A stretch of DNA of 32,000 nucleotides from Aeropyrum pernix K1 (GTDB taxonomy: Archaea; Thermoproteota; Thermoprotei_A; Sulfolobales; Acidilobaceae): the NCBI RefSeq assembly GCF_000011125.1, contig NC_000854.2, positions 240,001 through 272,000 of the forward strand. Direction: 5' to 3'. Position 1 is the first letter of the stretch. The number at the start of each line of letters is the position of its first letter. The notes beneath the pieces were generated by a model. The model was not told where the DNA came from. It searched no databases and saw only the letters and a program-made list of their open reading frames with translations. A program made the translations under genes and the position numbers. Positions 16,558 to 23,760 of the stretch are shown here, in pieces.

Positions 16558-16956
16558 TTATTCTGAGTTGCCGCCACCTCTCCTGCCTGCTGCCCTCCTC
16601 TCGATCATCTTCTTTCTATACTCGTCGCTGAGGTCGAGCTCCACGATCATAACGTTGGACGGGTGTATCGGCCTGAAGACCGGCGTACCGTCAGCCTTCG
16701 TCACAGTAACACCGTCTATATAGATCCTGAGCCTCCTCAGATCGACCTTTACAACCTTGCCCTCATGACCCTTGAAGTCGCCCCTCATAACCCTAACCTT
16801 GTCTCCCTTCCTAACCGGAAGGCTCCTGACACCGTACTTCTCCCTCAGCTCGGGGCTTAGTGTAGCCGAGACCAGCTTCTGCCTCGCATGGAGAGGCGCC
16901 CTGTAGAGCGCCCTCCTCTGCTTCCTAGGCTGCCTACTCCTCGTCAGCACCGGCAT
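16558..16956 (-). CDS. rpl24: 50S ribosomal protein L24
   Basis: [65 protein letters not shown] (KOW motif). Confidence 0.98.
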   Translation of the reverse strand: MPVLTRSRQPRKQRRALYRAPLHARQKLVSATLSPELREKYGVRSLPVRKGDKVRVMRGDFKGHEGKVVKVDLRRLRIYIDGVTVTKADGTPVFRPIHPSNVMIVELDLSDEYRKKMIERRAAGRRGGGNSE

Positions 16957-16975
16957 CCCGCAACACCCCCCGGGG

Positions 16976-17398
16976 TCATACTATCATGGTAGCTATTTTA
17001 GCCACCCTCGGCCACCTCTCGGCGGCCTCCCTAGCAATAGGACCCCTGACCTCGCTACCCCTCGGCGTGCCGTCGGGGTTGACTATAACAACCGCGTTGT
17101 CCTCGAAAGAGACCCAGGTTCCGTCGGGCCTTCTGAAAGGCCTCCTCTGCCTAACCACAACAGCGTAAACCACCTGCCTCCTCATCTGGGGAGTCCCCTT
17201 CTTCACACTAACAACAACAAGGTCTCCGACACCGGCCGAAGGCAGCCTCCTTAGCCTCGTCTTAACCTGGGGAACGCTTATTATCATAACCTCCTTGGCG
17301 CCACTGTTATCAGCAACAGGTACATAGCTCCCCACCTGCAGCCCGGTGTTGACTCCATAGCGTGACACCACGACACCATACTTCTTCTTCTTAGCCAC
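16976..17398 (-). CDS. rpl14: 50S ribosomal protein L14
   Basis: [74 protein letters not shown]. Confidence 0.98.
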   Translation of the reverse strand: MAKKKKYGVVVSRYGVNTGLQVGSYVPVADNSGAKEVMIISVPQVKTRLRRLPSAGVGDLVVVSVKKGTPQMRRQVVYAVVVRQRRPFRRPDGTWVSFEDNAVVIVNPDGTPRGSEVRGPIAREAAERWPRVAKIATMIV

Positions 17399-17410
17399 GC
17401 CTCACACCCC

Positions 17411-17773
17411 CTACCTTCTCTTAACACCTAGGACCGTGAATTTTACTGTCTTGGATATCGGCATCGTCTCCCCTATCACCACCACATCCCCCTCTTTGAC
17501 GCTTATGCAGTCGGGCAGGTGTGCGTGTATCTTCTTGCTCCTCCTCTCATACCTATTGTACTTCTTGTCGTAGTACAGGTATACGTGCTGCACCACAACC
17601 ATCCTCCTCGCCCTAGCCTTAGCAACAACCCCCTCTAGCAGCACCCCCCTAACCCTCAGCGTGCCGTGCCAAGGGCAGTTAGGGTCGCTGCAAACCTTCT
17701 CTGGAGGCTCGACTCCAGGTATCTTCAGGTTTTTAACCTGCTTGAACTTCGGCACCTCCGGGACACCCTCCAC
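17411..17773 (-). CDS. rps17: 30S ribosomal protein S17
   Basis: CSDPNCPWHGTLRVRGVLLEGVVAKARARRMVVVQHVYLYYDKKYNRYERRSKKIHAHLPDC. The start is uncertain because the track ORF overlaps the upstream Rpp29 ORF by 49 nt. Confidence 0.96.
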   Translation of the reverse strand: MEGVPEVPKFKQVKNLKIPGVEPPEKVCSDPNCPWHGTLRVRGVLLEGVVAKARARRMVVVQHVYLYYDKKYNRYERRSKKIHAHLPDCISVKEGDVVVIGETMPISKTVKFTVLGVKRR

Positions 17774-18057
17774 CTATACTCCTTAACCCTATCTAGGGGA
17801 TTCCCGATTAACACTCTGCCAGATATCCTAATATACTCACCGCCCGGCGCCTCCACTTCTATCACTGCCAGATCCTTTAGAACCGTCGACACCCTGCCCT
17901 CGAGGGTTAGAATGCGTAGGGAGCGGGCCTCCTCCACCACAACCCAGCCCTCTAGCCCCTCGAGGGAGGGGTCGCTGTGTGCCAGGACTTTGACCCGTAG
18001 GCCGGTGAGGAGAGGTGGGATTAGTTGACGCCTATGACTAGGCCTTCTCCCCTTCAC
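17725..18057 (-). CDS. rnp1: ribonuclease P protein component 1 (Rpp29/Pop4 family)
   Basis: LLTGLRVKVLAHSDPSLEGLEGWVVVEEARSLRILTLEGRVSTVLKDLAVIEVEAPGGEYIRISGRVLIGNPLDRVKEYRWRV; lies between rpl29 and rps17, as in archaeal clusters. Confidence 0.9.
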   Translation of the reverse strand: MKGRRPSHRRQLIPPLLTGLRVKVLAHSDPSLEGLEGWVVVEEARSLRILTLEGRVSTVLKDLAVIEVEAPGGEYIRISGRVLIGNPLDRVKEYRWRVSRRCRSSSRLKT

Positions 18058-18262
18058 GCTTCTCCCTCAAAACGGTTAGTATTCGGGCCACATTCCTCCT
18101 GGCCTCCCTCAGCTCGCCCGGGTTCTCTAGGAGGCCTACCTTAGCCTTGTACCTCAGCCCCATGAGCTTTATCCTCAGCTCCCTGAGCGTCTTCTCCAGC
18201 TCCTCCACGCTCATACCCCTCAAGTCCTTAGACCTCATTTTAAACTTGCCCATCCCGATCAC
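18038..18262 (-). CDS. rpl29: 50S ribosomal protein L29
   Basis: KMRSKDLRGMSVEELEKTLRELRIKLMGLRYKAKVGLLENPGELREARRNVARILTVLRE. Confidence 0.96.
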   Translation of the reverse strand: MIGMGKFKMRSKDLRGMSVEELEKTLRELRIKLMGLRYKAKVGLLENPGELREARRNVARILTVLREKREGEKA

Positions 18263-18272
18263 CCCCTCCTAT

Positions 18273-19013
18273 CTAAGACTCCTCTCGATCCTCCTCATGC
18301 TCCTCTCCGGGCCTGGCCGCCTCCATATGCTCTCTCAGCGTGCTGGCGGTCTCCTCCTGTAGGCCTAGACTCTCTATCTCTGAGCGTATGGCGTCTACCA
18401 CGTCTTTAACTTCTTCTTCACTCTTTATCCTTACATGGTCCCCGGGCTTGCCCGGCTTTACTATGATTACGTCAACGCCTATAACCCCCTTAGGCAGTCT
18501 AGCGTAGGCTGAAGCCCTGTCGACGAGCTCATCCACTTTGTGGCCGCTCTTGTAGACTTTACCTGCCTTGAACTTCTCGAACCTCGCCCTCTCGCTGGTT
18601 AGCTTCCCGCTTATAGTGATCTCGACGCCGAGGGCCCCGTTAGACATTATCCTGTTGATTGCGGCGAAGGCAACCCTCCTGAAGTGTATACCCCTCTCTA
18701 TAGACCTCGCTATCCTGAAGGCCTGGACCCTGGCATCCAGCATGGGGTTCTCAGGCTGCTCAACCCTGATCCTCGGGTTGGGGAGGCCGAACACCGTCTG
18801 GAAAACCTCCTGGAGCCTCCTTATGGTGGCCCCCCTCCTCCCTATTATCAGAGCCGGCCTCTCCGCCCATATTGTTATGTTAGTGCCGAGGCTGGTCTGA
18901 ACAACCTTGACCCTGCTGTACCCCGCTTCGTAGAAGTTCTGAGCCAGCCACTCGTCTATCTTAGTCCTCAGGAGACCCTGGTTTAGAAAGTGTTTTACAA
19001 CCTTAGTCGGCAC
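18273..19013 (-). CDS. rps3: 30S ribosomal protein S3 (KH domain)
   Basis: NFYEAGYSRVKVVQTSLGTNITIWAERPALIIGRRGATIRRLQEVFQTVFGLPNPRI; GVEITISGKLTSERARFEKFKAGKVYKSG. Confidence 0.98.
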   Translation of the reverse strand: MPTKVVKHFLNQGLLRTKIDEWLAQNFYEAGYSRVKVVQTSLGTNITIWAERPALIIGRRGATIRRLQEVFQTVFGLPNPRIRVEQPENPMLDARVQAFRIARSIERGIHFRRVAFAAINRIMSNGALGVEITISGKLTSERARFEKFKAGKVYKSGHKVDELVDRASAYARLPKGVIGVDVIIVKPGKPGDHVRIKSEEEVKDVVDAIRSEIESLGLQEETASTLREHMEAARPGEEHEEDREES

Positions 19014-19017
19014 CGCC

Positions 19018-19488
19018 CTACACCTCCCTAACCATGATTTCTATGTGGCTGTGAACCCTGTTCCTAGGGGTTGCACGCCCCCAGGCGCGGGGCATCCACC
19101 TCTTCAGGGTTATGCCCTTATGGGCTGCGACATGTATAATCTTGAGCCTCTCAACGTCAAGATTCTTGTTCGCGGCGTTGGCCTCAACGTTGTCAAGCAG
19201 CTTCAGCATGTACCTGGCAGCCTTCACCGGGTACCTGCCTACAGGCCAGCCCCACTTGTCGGCAAGACCCCTCCTATGGGCCTGCTTACCGTGAGCCCTT
19301 CTAAAGGGGACAGCCTCCCTCTTCTCAATAACCGCCCTGAGGTAGCGCCTAGCCTCGTCCACCCTCATCCCGCTTATGGCTCTCGCCACCTCCGCCATAA
19401 TCTTAGGGTGCACAGGCACGTTTCTCAACACAGCCTTTGCAACCTCAGACTCGTCCCTCAGCTTAACGCTGTAACCCCACCTGGGCAC
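19018..19488 (-). CDS. rpl22: 50S ribosomal protein L22
   Basis: LRNVPVHPKIMAEVARAISGMRVDEARRYLRAVIEKREAVPFRR; PVKAARYMLKLLDNVEANAANKNLD; PRAWGRATPRNRVHSHIEIMV. Confidence 0.97.
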   Translation of the reverse strand: MPRWGYSVKLRDESEVAKAVLRNVPVHPKIMAEVARAISGMRVDEARRYLRAVIEKREAVPFRRAHGKQAHRRGLADKWGWPVGRYPVKAARYMLKLLDNVEANAANKNLDVERLKIIHVAAHKGITLKRWMPRAWGRATPRNRVHSHIEIMVREV

Positions 19489-19514
19489 GGCTCACCACAC
19501 CCCACTCCAGACCG

Positions 19515-19949
19515 TTACTTGCTGGCCACGTGGAGGCTGCTCCTTGTAGCCTTCAGGCCTGGCTCGCCATGCTGCACTATCCTGGTCGTCGGGCTGAACT
19601 CTCCAAGGTAGTGGCCTATCATCTCCGGCACTATCTTGACAGGTATGAACTCCTTGCCATTGTAAACGGCTATAGTCAAACCCACCATCTCGGGCAGAAT
19701 CACCATGTCTCTAACGTGGGTCCTGATAACCGGGGGTCTCTTCAGACGGCCCTCCTCCAGCCTCCTCCTAATCTTCCTAACCTTAAGCAGCAGCTTCTGC
19801 TGGGCGGGCGTCAGCCCCCTAAGCAGGCTGCGCCTCTGCCTGGCAGGGAAGAGGCGGGCTAGCTCCTCAATATCCATCTTCAACAGCTCCTCCAGCGTCC
19901 TCCCCCTGTACCTAAACTTCTTCCACTCCGGCCGCATCTCAAACGCCAA
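19515..19949 (-). CDS. rps19: 30S ribosomal protein S19
   Basis: [38 protein letters not shown]; [52 protein letters not shown]. The track start is GTG at 20006; TTG 19949 or ATG 19937 fits the promoter-like elements and homologous starts better. Confidence 0.95.
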   Translation of the reverse strand: MAFEMRPEWKKFRYRGRTLEELLKMDIEELARLFPARQRRSLLRGLTPAQQKLLLKVRKIRRRLEEGRLKRPPVIRTHVRDMVILPEMVGLTIAVYNGKEFIPVKIVPEMIGHYLGEFSPTTRIVQHGEPGLKATRSSLHVASK

Positions 19950-19985
19950 TACACTACCCCCCGAAGGCCTAACTAGACTCCACCC

Positions 19986-20027
19986 TATTAAACCCCACTC
20001 TACCACCGCAACCTATAATCCTAAAAT
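19986..20027 (-). promoter_or_regulatory. putative promoter region of the ribosomal protein operon
   Basis: Minus-strand AT-rich elements ggtttaatagg (about 19986-19994) and ttttaggattatagg (about 20012-20027) lie between the VWA gene and the probable rps19 start. Confidence 0.4.
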
Positions 20028-20049
20028 ACCTGGAGGGTTGGGTCCCGGA

Positions 20050-22029
20050 CTAGGGGCGCCTTAGGATGTGCCTGAGGACGCCGAGGGCAGCCTGGCGGGG
20101 GGTCCATGCGGTTACCACTCTCGCCCCCGCCTCCCTAGCGGCCTCCACATCCTCCGGCCTGGCGCTGGGCGGTGTTATGAAAGCTATCCTGTAGCCTGAG
20201 CGGTGTAGACTCCTGACCACCAGCTGTAGGGGCTGGCTGTCGACGGTTTGTTGCAGATCGCTTACCGCCACAATCTTCTTGACACCCGGATGTGCAGCCT
20301 TCTCCAGCGCTGTCGATATGTCTGTGTAGCCCCTGAACTCCACGGAGAGGAGGGACCTAGCAACCTCCCTCCTGCTGAGTGGGCCCTCGAGAATTGTGGA
20401 GGCATGGCTGAATATGACTAGCCTGGATATGTTGGAGAGGAAGAGGCTGGCCACTGCTATGGCCCAGGAGGAATAGTCTATCATGGACGAGCTCACGTCG
20501 AGAGCAAGGCTCAGCCTCCCAGCCCTAAGCCTCTCCCTATAAACTATGGAGGGCCTCCCACTCCTGATGCTCTGGTATATGCTTCTCCTCACATCGACCC
20601 TCGGGCTCCTCCTCTGCGACAAGACGGTCTTCGGGAGAAGCCTCAGACCGTGCCTCACCGAGTACTTGTAGAGCAGCCTCTCCATGCTCCTCACAAGCAC
20701 CTCCCTCTCCTCCACGCTGGCCTTGGAGTAGAGGCTCCTGAGGACCTTGACGGCTGCCGGAAGGCTCAGCCTGGAGAGAATAGAGTAAACCCTCTCCGGG
20801 TCACTCGGCCTGGAGGACTCCAGCTCCAGAATGGCTATCGCAGTCTCAGCCATGCCGAAGACCGCGCCCCTGCTCAACCCACCCATAGAGGCTGCCTCCC
20901 CTATCCTGGAAGCCCTGCTTATCGCCTCCAGCGCCATAGAGTAGCCTAGCTCCCTCCACCCCTCACCCCCTCCCTCCATGTATCTCAACGCACTCCTAAG
21001 GCTGGCGGCGGCCTTCGAAGCCGCGTCCACCAGCTCTCCCTTCCAGCCGTCCAGGCTATGGCTCTTCACAGCCCAGAGCGCTTCGGGAGGAACTTTTGAG
21101 ACGAGGGTCTCAGCCTCGCCGGGGCCAGCTTCCCTCAGCCTTTTGGCCAGTATCTCCCCTCCCCGCTCGTGGCCAGCTATACCTACGGCCCTAGCTATAG
21201 TGTTTGCATCGGCCTCGGGAGCAGATGCGAGGGAGGGGTCGGAGGCTATCATGAGGGATAGGGTCTCCCTGTCGAGAGCTCCAGCCCTCCTCATAATCTT
21301 ATATGCATCACGCACCCGGGATAGGGAGCCGGTTCTAGCCCTCCTGGCGAGCTCCACCCCAACGTCCTTCAGGAGCCTGGCGTTACCCTTCCTCATCGAA
21401 GCCCACCCCAGCTCCACAAGCCCCTTCTCGTCAAGCTCCGCGAGCCTCGGCGCAAGACCGGATTCGGCCTCCATCAGCCGCCTCTCCCTCCCGCCGCGGG
21501 ACGGCTTAGAGAGATATGCCTCCCTGAGGCTCTCAACACCCTGCCTAGCAAGAGTGTATGCCAGGCTCCTCAGGCTCTGGGCGTCCGCAACCCTCTCCCT
21601 CCCCGGCCTGCCTTGTATGGCGCCCACGCTCCTCAGCATCATGTAGGCCGCTATAGCCTCCCTACCCCTCCTAGACACCTTCTTCTTGGAAACCCTCCAC
21701 CCCGGCTTGGCCCCCATAGCCTGGAGACCCGCCATTATCTCGCTCTCAAGCCTCTCCACCCTCTCCCTGAACCTGCTGCTGGACGAGGCTCTCCTAAGCT
21801 CCTCTACGATAGCATGGGAGAGCCTCCTATGCTTCACCACAGCGTCAACGACCATTTCAAGCTCGTCTTCGGCTAGGAAGTCCCTGCCCTCTAGGTCGGC
21901 GTAGCTCCTAGCGAGCCTTATAATGTCAACAAGCTCCGAAGTGCCGAGGCGGTGTCCCTGGCGCCTTAGAGCTTCGGCCGCCGCCGGGAGACCGCTTGCT
22001 ATCTCTTCGAGCCTGAGGCCCCTAGACAT
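20050..22029 (-). CDS. VWA-domain (CoxE/ViaA-like) protein with long alpha-helical N-terminal region
   Basis: 659 aa. C-terminal VWA domain with MIDAS motif DVSSSM, T in GYTDISTALEKA and D in VAVSDLQQ. Overlaps the upstream MoxR-type ATPase gene by 8 nt. Confidence 0.85.
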   Translation of the reverse strand: MSRGLRLEEIASGLPAAAEALRRQGHRLGTSELVDIIRLARSYADLEGRDFLAEDELEMVVDAVVKHRRLSHAIVEELRRASSSSRFRERVERLESEIMAGLQAMGAKPGWRVSKKKVSRRGREAIAAYMMLRSVGAIQGRPGRERVADAQSLRSLAYTLARQGVESLREAYLSKPSRGGRERRLMEAESGLAPRLAELDEKGLVELGWASMRKGNARLLKDVGVELARRARTGSLSRVRDAYKIMRRAGALDRETLSLMIASDPSLASAPEADANTIARAVGIAGHERGGEILAKRLREAGPGEAETLVSKVPPEALWAVKSHSLDGWKGELVDAASKAAASLRSALRYMEGGGEGWRELGYSMALEAISRASRIGEAASMGGLSRGAVFGMAETAIAILELESSRPSDPERVYSILSRLSLPAAVKVLRSLYSKASVEEREVLVRSMERLLYKYSVRHGLRLLPKTVLSQRRSPRVDVRRSIYQSIRSGRPSIVYRERLRAGRLSLALDVSSSMIDYSSWAIAVASLFLSNISRLVIFSHASTILEGPLSRREVARSLLSVEFRGYTDISTALEKAAHPGVKKIVAVSDLQQTVDSQPLQLVVRSLHRSGYRIAFITPPSARPEDVEAAREAGARVVTAWTPRQAALGVLRHILRRP

Positions 22030-22981
22030 TCAGGGCCTCACCCAGGACCTCCCTCACTACATCCTCGTCGTCGACGCGCTTCACGAGAACCGCTTCAGCA
22101 GCCTCGGCGAGGTCCTCTAGGCTAACCCTATCCCTCCCCTTGAGCGCTGCTATACTCTGCGCCATCCTGGCCCAGGCCACGGACTCTGAGGTGCCCGGCT
22201 TGTGGCTTATGTTAGAGGTCCTCAGCCTCGAGACAACCCTCATTATGACCTCCATGACCTCGGCACCCAGCAGGGGCTTCTCCTCCGTCCTCAGCCTAAC
22301 AATCCTCTCCTCAACGTGCCTGGGAGGGTAGTCGAACCTCACCCTCACAACCCGGCGCAGAAAAGCGTCGCTGAGCTCGTTCTGCGCTATGTCCTCGGGG
22401 TTGCTAGTCATTATAAGCTGGAACCCCGTGCCCCTGGCCTTGAAGACTCTCCTAATCTCCGGGACAACAATCCTCCTCTTATCTATTATGTCTAGGAGCA
22501 TGTTCTGGAACTCCTCGCTGCTCCTCCTGATCTCGTCGACGAGGACGCCAGTATCCAGTATGAGGGCGGCGAGGAGGGGCCGGGGGACGAAGCTTTCCTC
22601 GTTGAAGCCGTGCTTCATAGCCATCTGGGGGTGGAAGTCGCCTATCACCTTGTACTCGTCATAGCCTTCGCTGCAGGGGAGTATGAAGGGCTTCCTACCG
22701 GCCCACAGCTCCAGCAGGGCCTCGCCTATCTCAGTCTTCCCGGTGCCAGGGGGGCCCTCGAAGAGGACGGGCCTCCCGTTTAGGAAGGCGGCGTAAACCA
22801 GGGTTACAACCCTCTTGTCAACCACGAGCTTGTACCTGTTCTCGAGCAGCTTTACAGCGGCCTCCGGGCTCCTAACCCTGCCTACACTACTCTCCACAAG
22901 GGAGCCGTAGGCATCCCAGACTCTAGCCTCTATAGTATCCTGAGCCGCTACAGGCCCTGCCATGCCTCCCAGACCTTCCAT
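22022..22981 (-). CDS. MoxR-type AAA+ ATPase
   Basis: 319 aa. Walker A GPPGTGKTE, Walker B-like LILDTGVLVDEIRR, IMTSNPEDIAQNELSDAFLRRVVRVRFDYP (sensor 1/arginine finger region). Confidence 0.93.
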   Translation of the reverse strand: MEGLGGMAGPVAAQDTIEARVWDAYGSLVESSVGRVRSPEAAVKLLENRYKLVVDKRVVTLVYAAFLNGRPVLFEGPPGTGKTEIGEALLELWAGRKPFILPCSEGYDEYKVIGDFHPQMAMKHGFNEESFVPRPLLAALILDTGVLVDEIRRSSEEFQNMLLDIIDKRRIVVPEIRRVFKARGTGFQLIMTSNPEDIAQNELSDAFLRRVVRVRFDYPPRHVEERIVRLRTEEKPLLGAEVMEVIMRVVSRLRTSNISHKPGTSESVAWARMAQSIAALKGRDRVSLEDLAEAAEAVLVKRVDDEDVVREVLGEALNV

Positions 22982-23049
22982 AGGGGTTGGCTAGCCCAGG
23001 AGGGTATACCCAGGTTCCCCCAACGGGTATAAATTGGGTGGGCGGCGGC

Positions 23050-23760
23050 TTAGAACTCTTGCCCTCCGCCCCTCCCCCTGTAGACGCTTTCTAACCCGGC
23101 CACCCAGGAGCCGGGCTCCACGAGGGCCTCTCTGGCCTCCTCCGGGAGGCTCTCGTCGAGGCTGTAGCACTCCTCCCTGTAGGGGCATATAGCGCATTTC
23201 CTCGGGCTCCTGTGGGGGTAGGGTAGGATGCCCTCGGCCGCGAGCCTCATATCCTCCATGGCTCTCATTGCGGTGTACACGAGGTCCTCGCCCACACTAT
23301 ACTCTCCCGAGCCGCCCCGGAGGTAGACTATCTTAACTCGGGCCGCCCTCGCGTTGCTTCTCCTCGAGAGCGCTATAGCGTAGGCCACGGCCTGCAGGAG
23401 ATCTGAGAGCCACACCCCCACCTTGGGGCCCCTGCCGCTCTTCCTCTCAACAACAAGCACCTCCCCGTCATCCATCCTCCAGGAGTCCGGCCTCCCGGCT
23501 ATGAGGTACCCGCCTATGGAGGCTTCAACCGGCTCCTCAGCCCTCGAACCCCGGATTCTGTCTAGGAGGGCGGCGGCAGCGTGGTATACCGTGCCCAGTA
23601 TCATCCTAACCCTCTCTGTAAGCCCCCTCTCGGCGGGCATGTGTGTTTCGAAAAAGTATAGGCGCGGGCAGTAGACAAATGTTCTGAGCCTGCTTGGGGC
23701 TATCCTGAAGCGGCGGCCCGCTTCAGCGCTATCACCACCTTCTCCCCGTCTAGCTCCCAC
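23050..23760 (-). CDS. Cas4/RecB-like PD-(D/E)XK nuclease, not linked to a CRISPR locus
   Basis: 236 aa. [31 protein letters not shown] (ExK), [11 protein letters not shown] and C-terminal [10 protein letters not shown], i.e. Cas4-type nuclease core plus four-Cys Fe-S layout. Confidence 0.82.

Noticed and set aside
19045-19611. 188 aa plus-strand ORF opposite rpl22/rps19
   Set aside because: Shadow ORF on the opposite strand of clearly conserved ribosomal genes; composition (Pro/Arg/His-rich) is typical of high-GC antisense frames.
20978-21646. 222 aa plus-strand ORF opposite the VWA gene
   Set aside because: Low-complexity Ala/Ser/Leu/Pro translation; explained by codon bias of the minus-strand VWA gene.
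22991-23197. 68 aa minus-strand ORF between MoxR and the Cas4-like gene
   Set aside because: Mostly overlaps the 3' end of the Cas4-like gene in another frame; Arg/Gly-rich with no homology signal.
23050-23760. CRISPR-Cas locus suggested by the Cas4-like gene
   Set aside because: No direct repeats with regular spacers and no cas1/cas2 or effector genes seen in the window.
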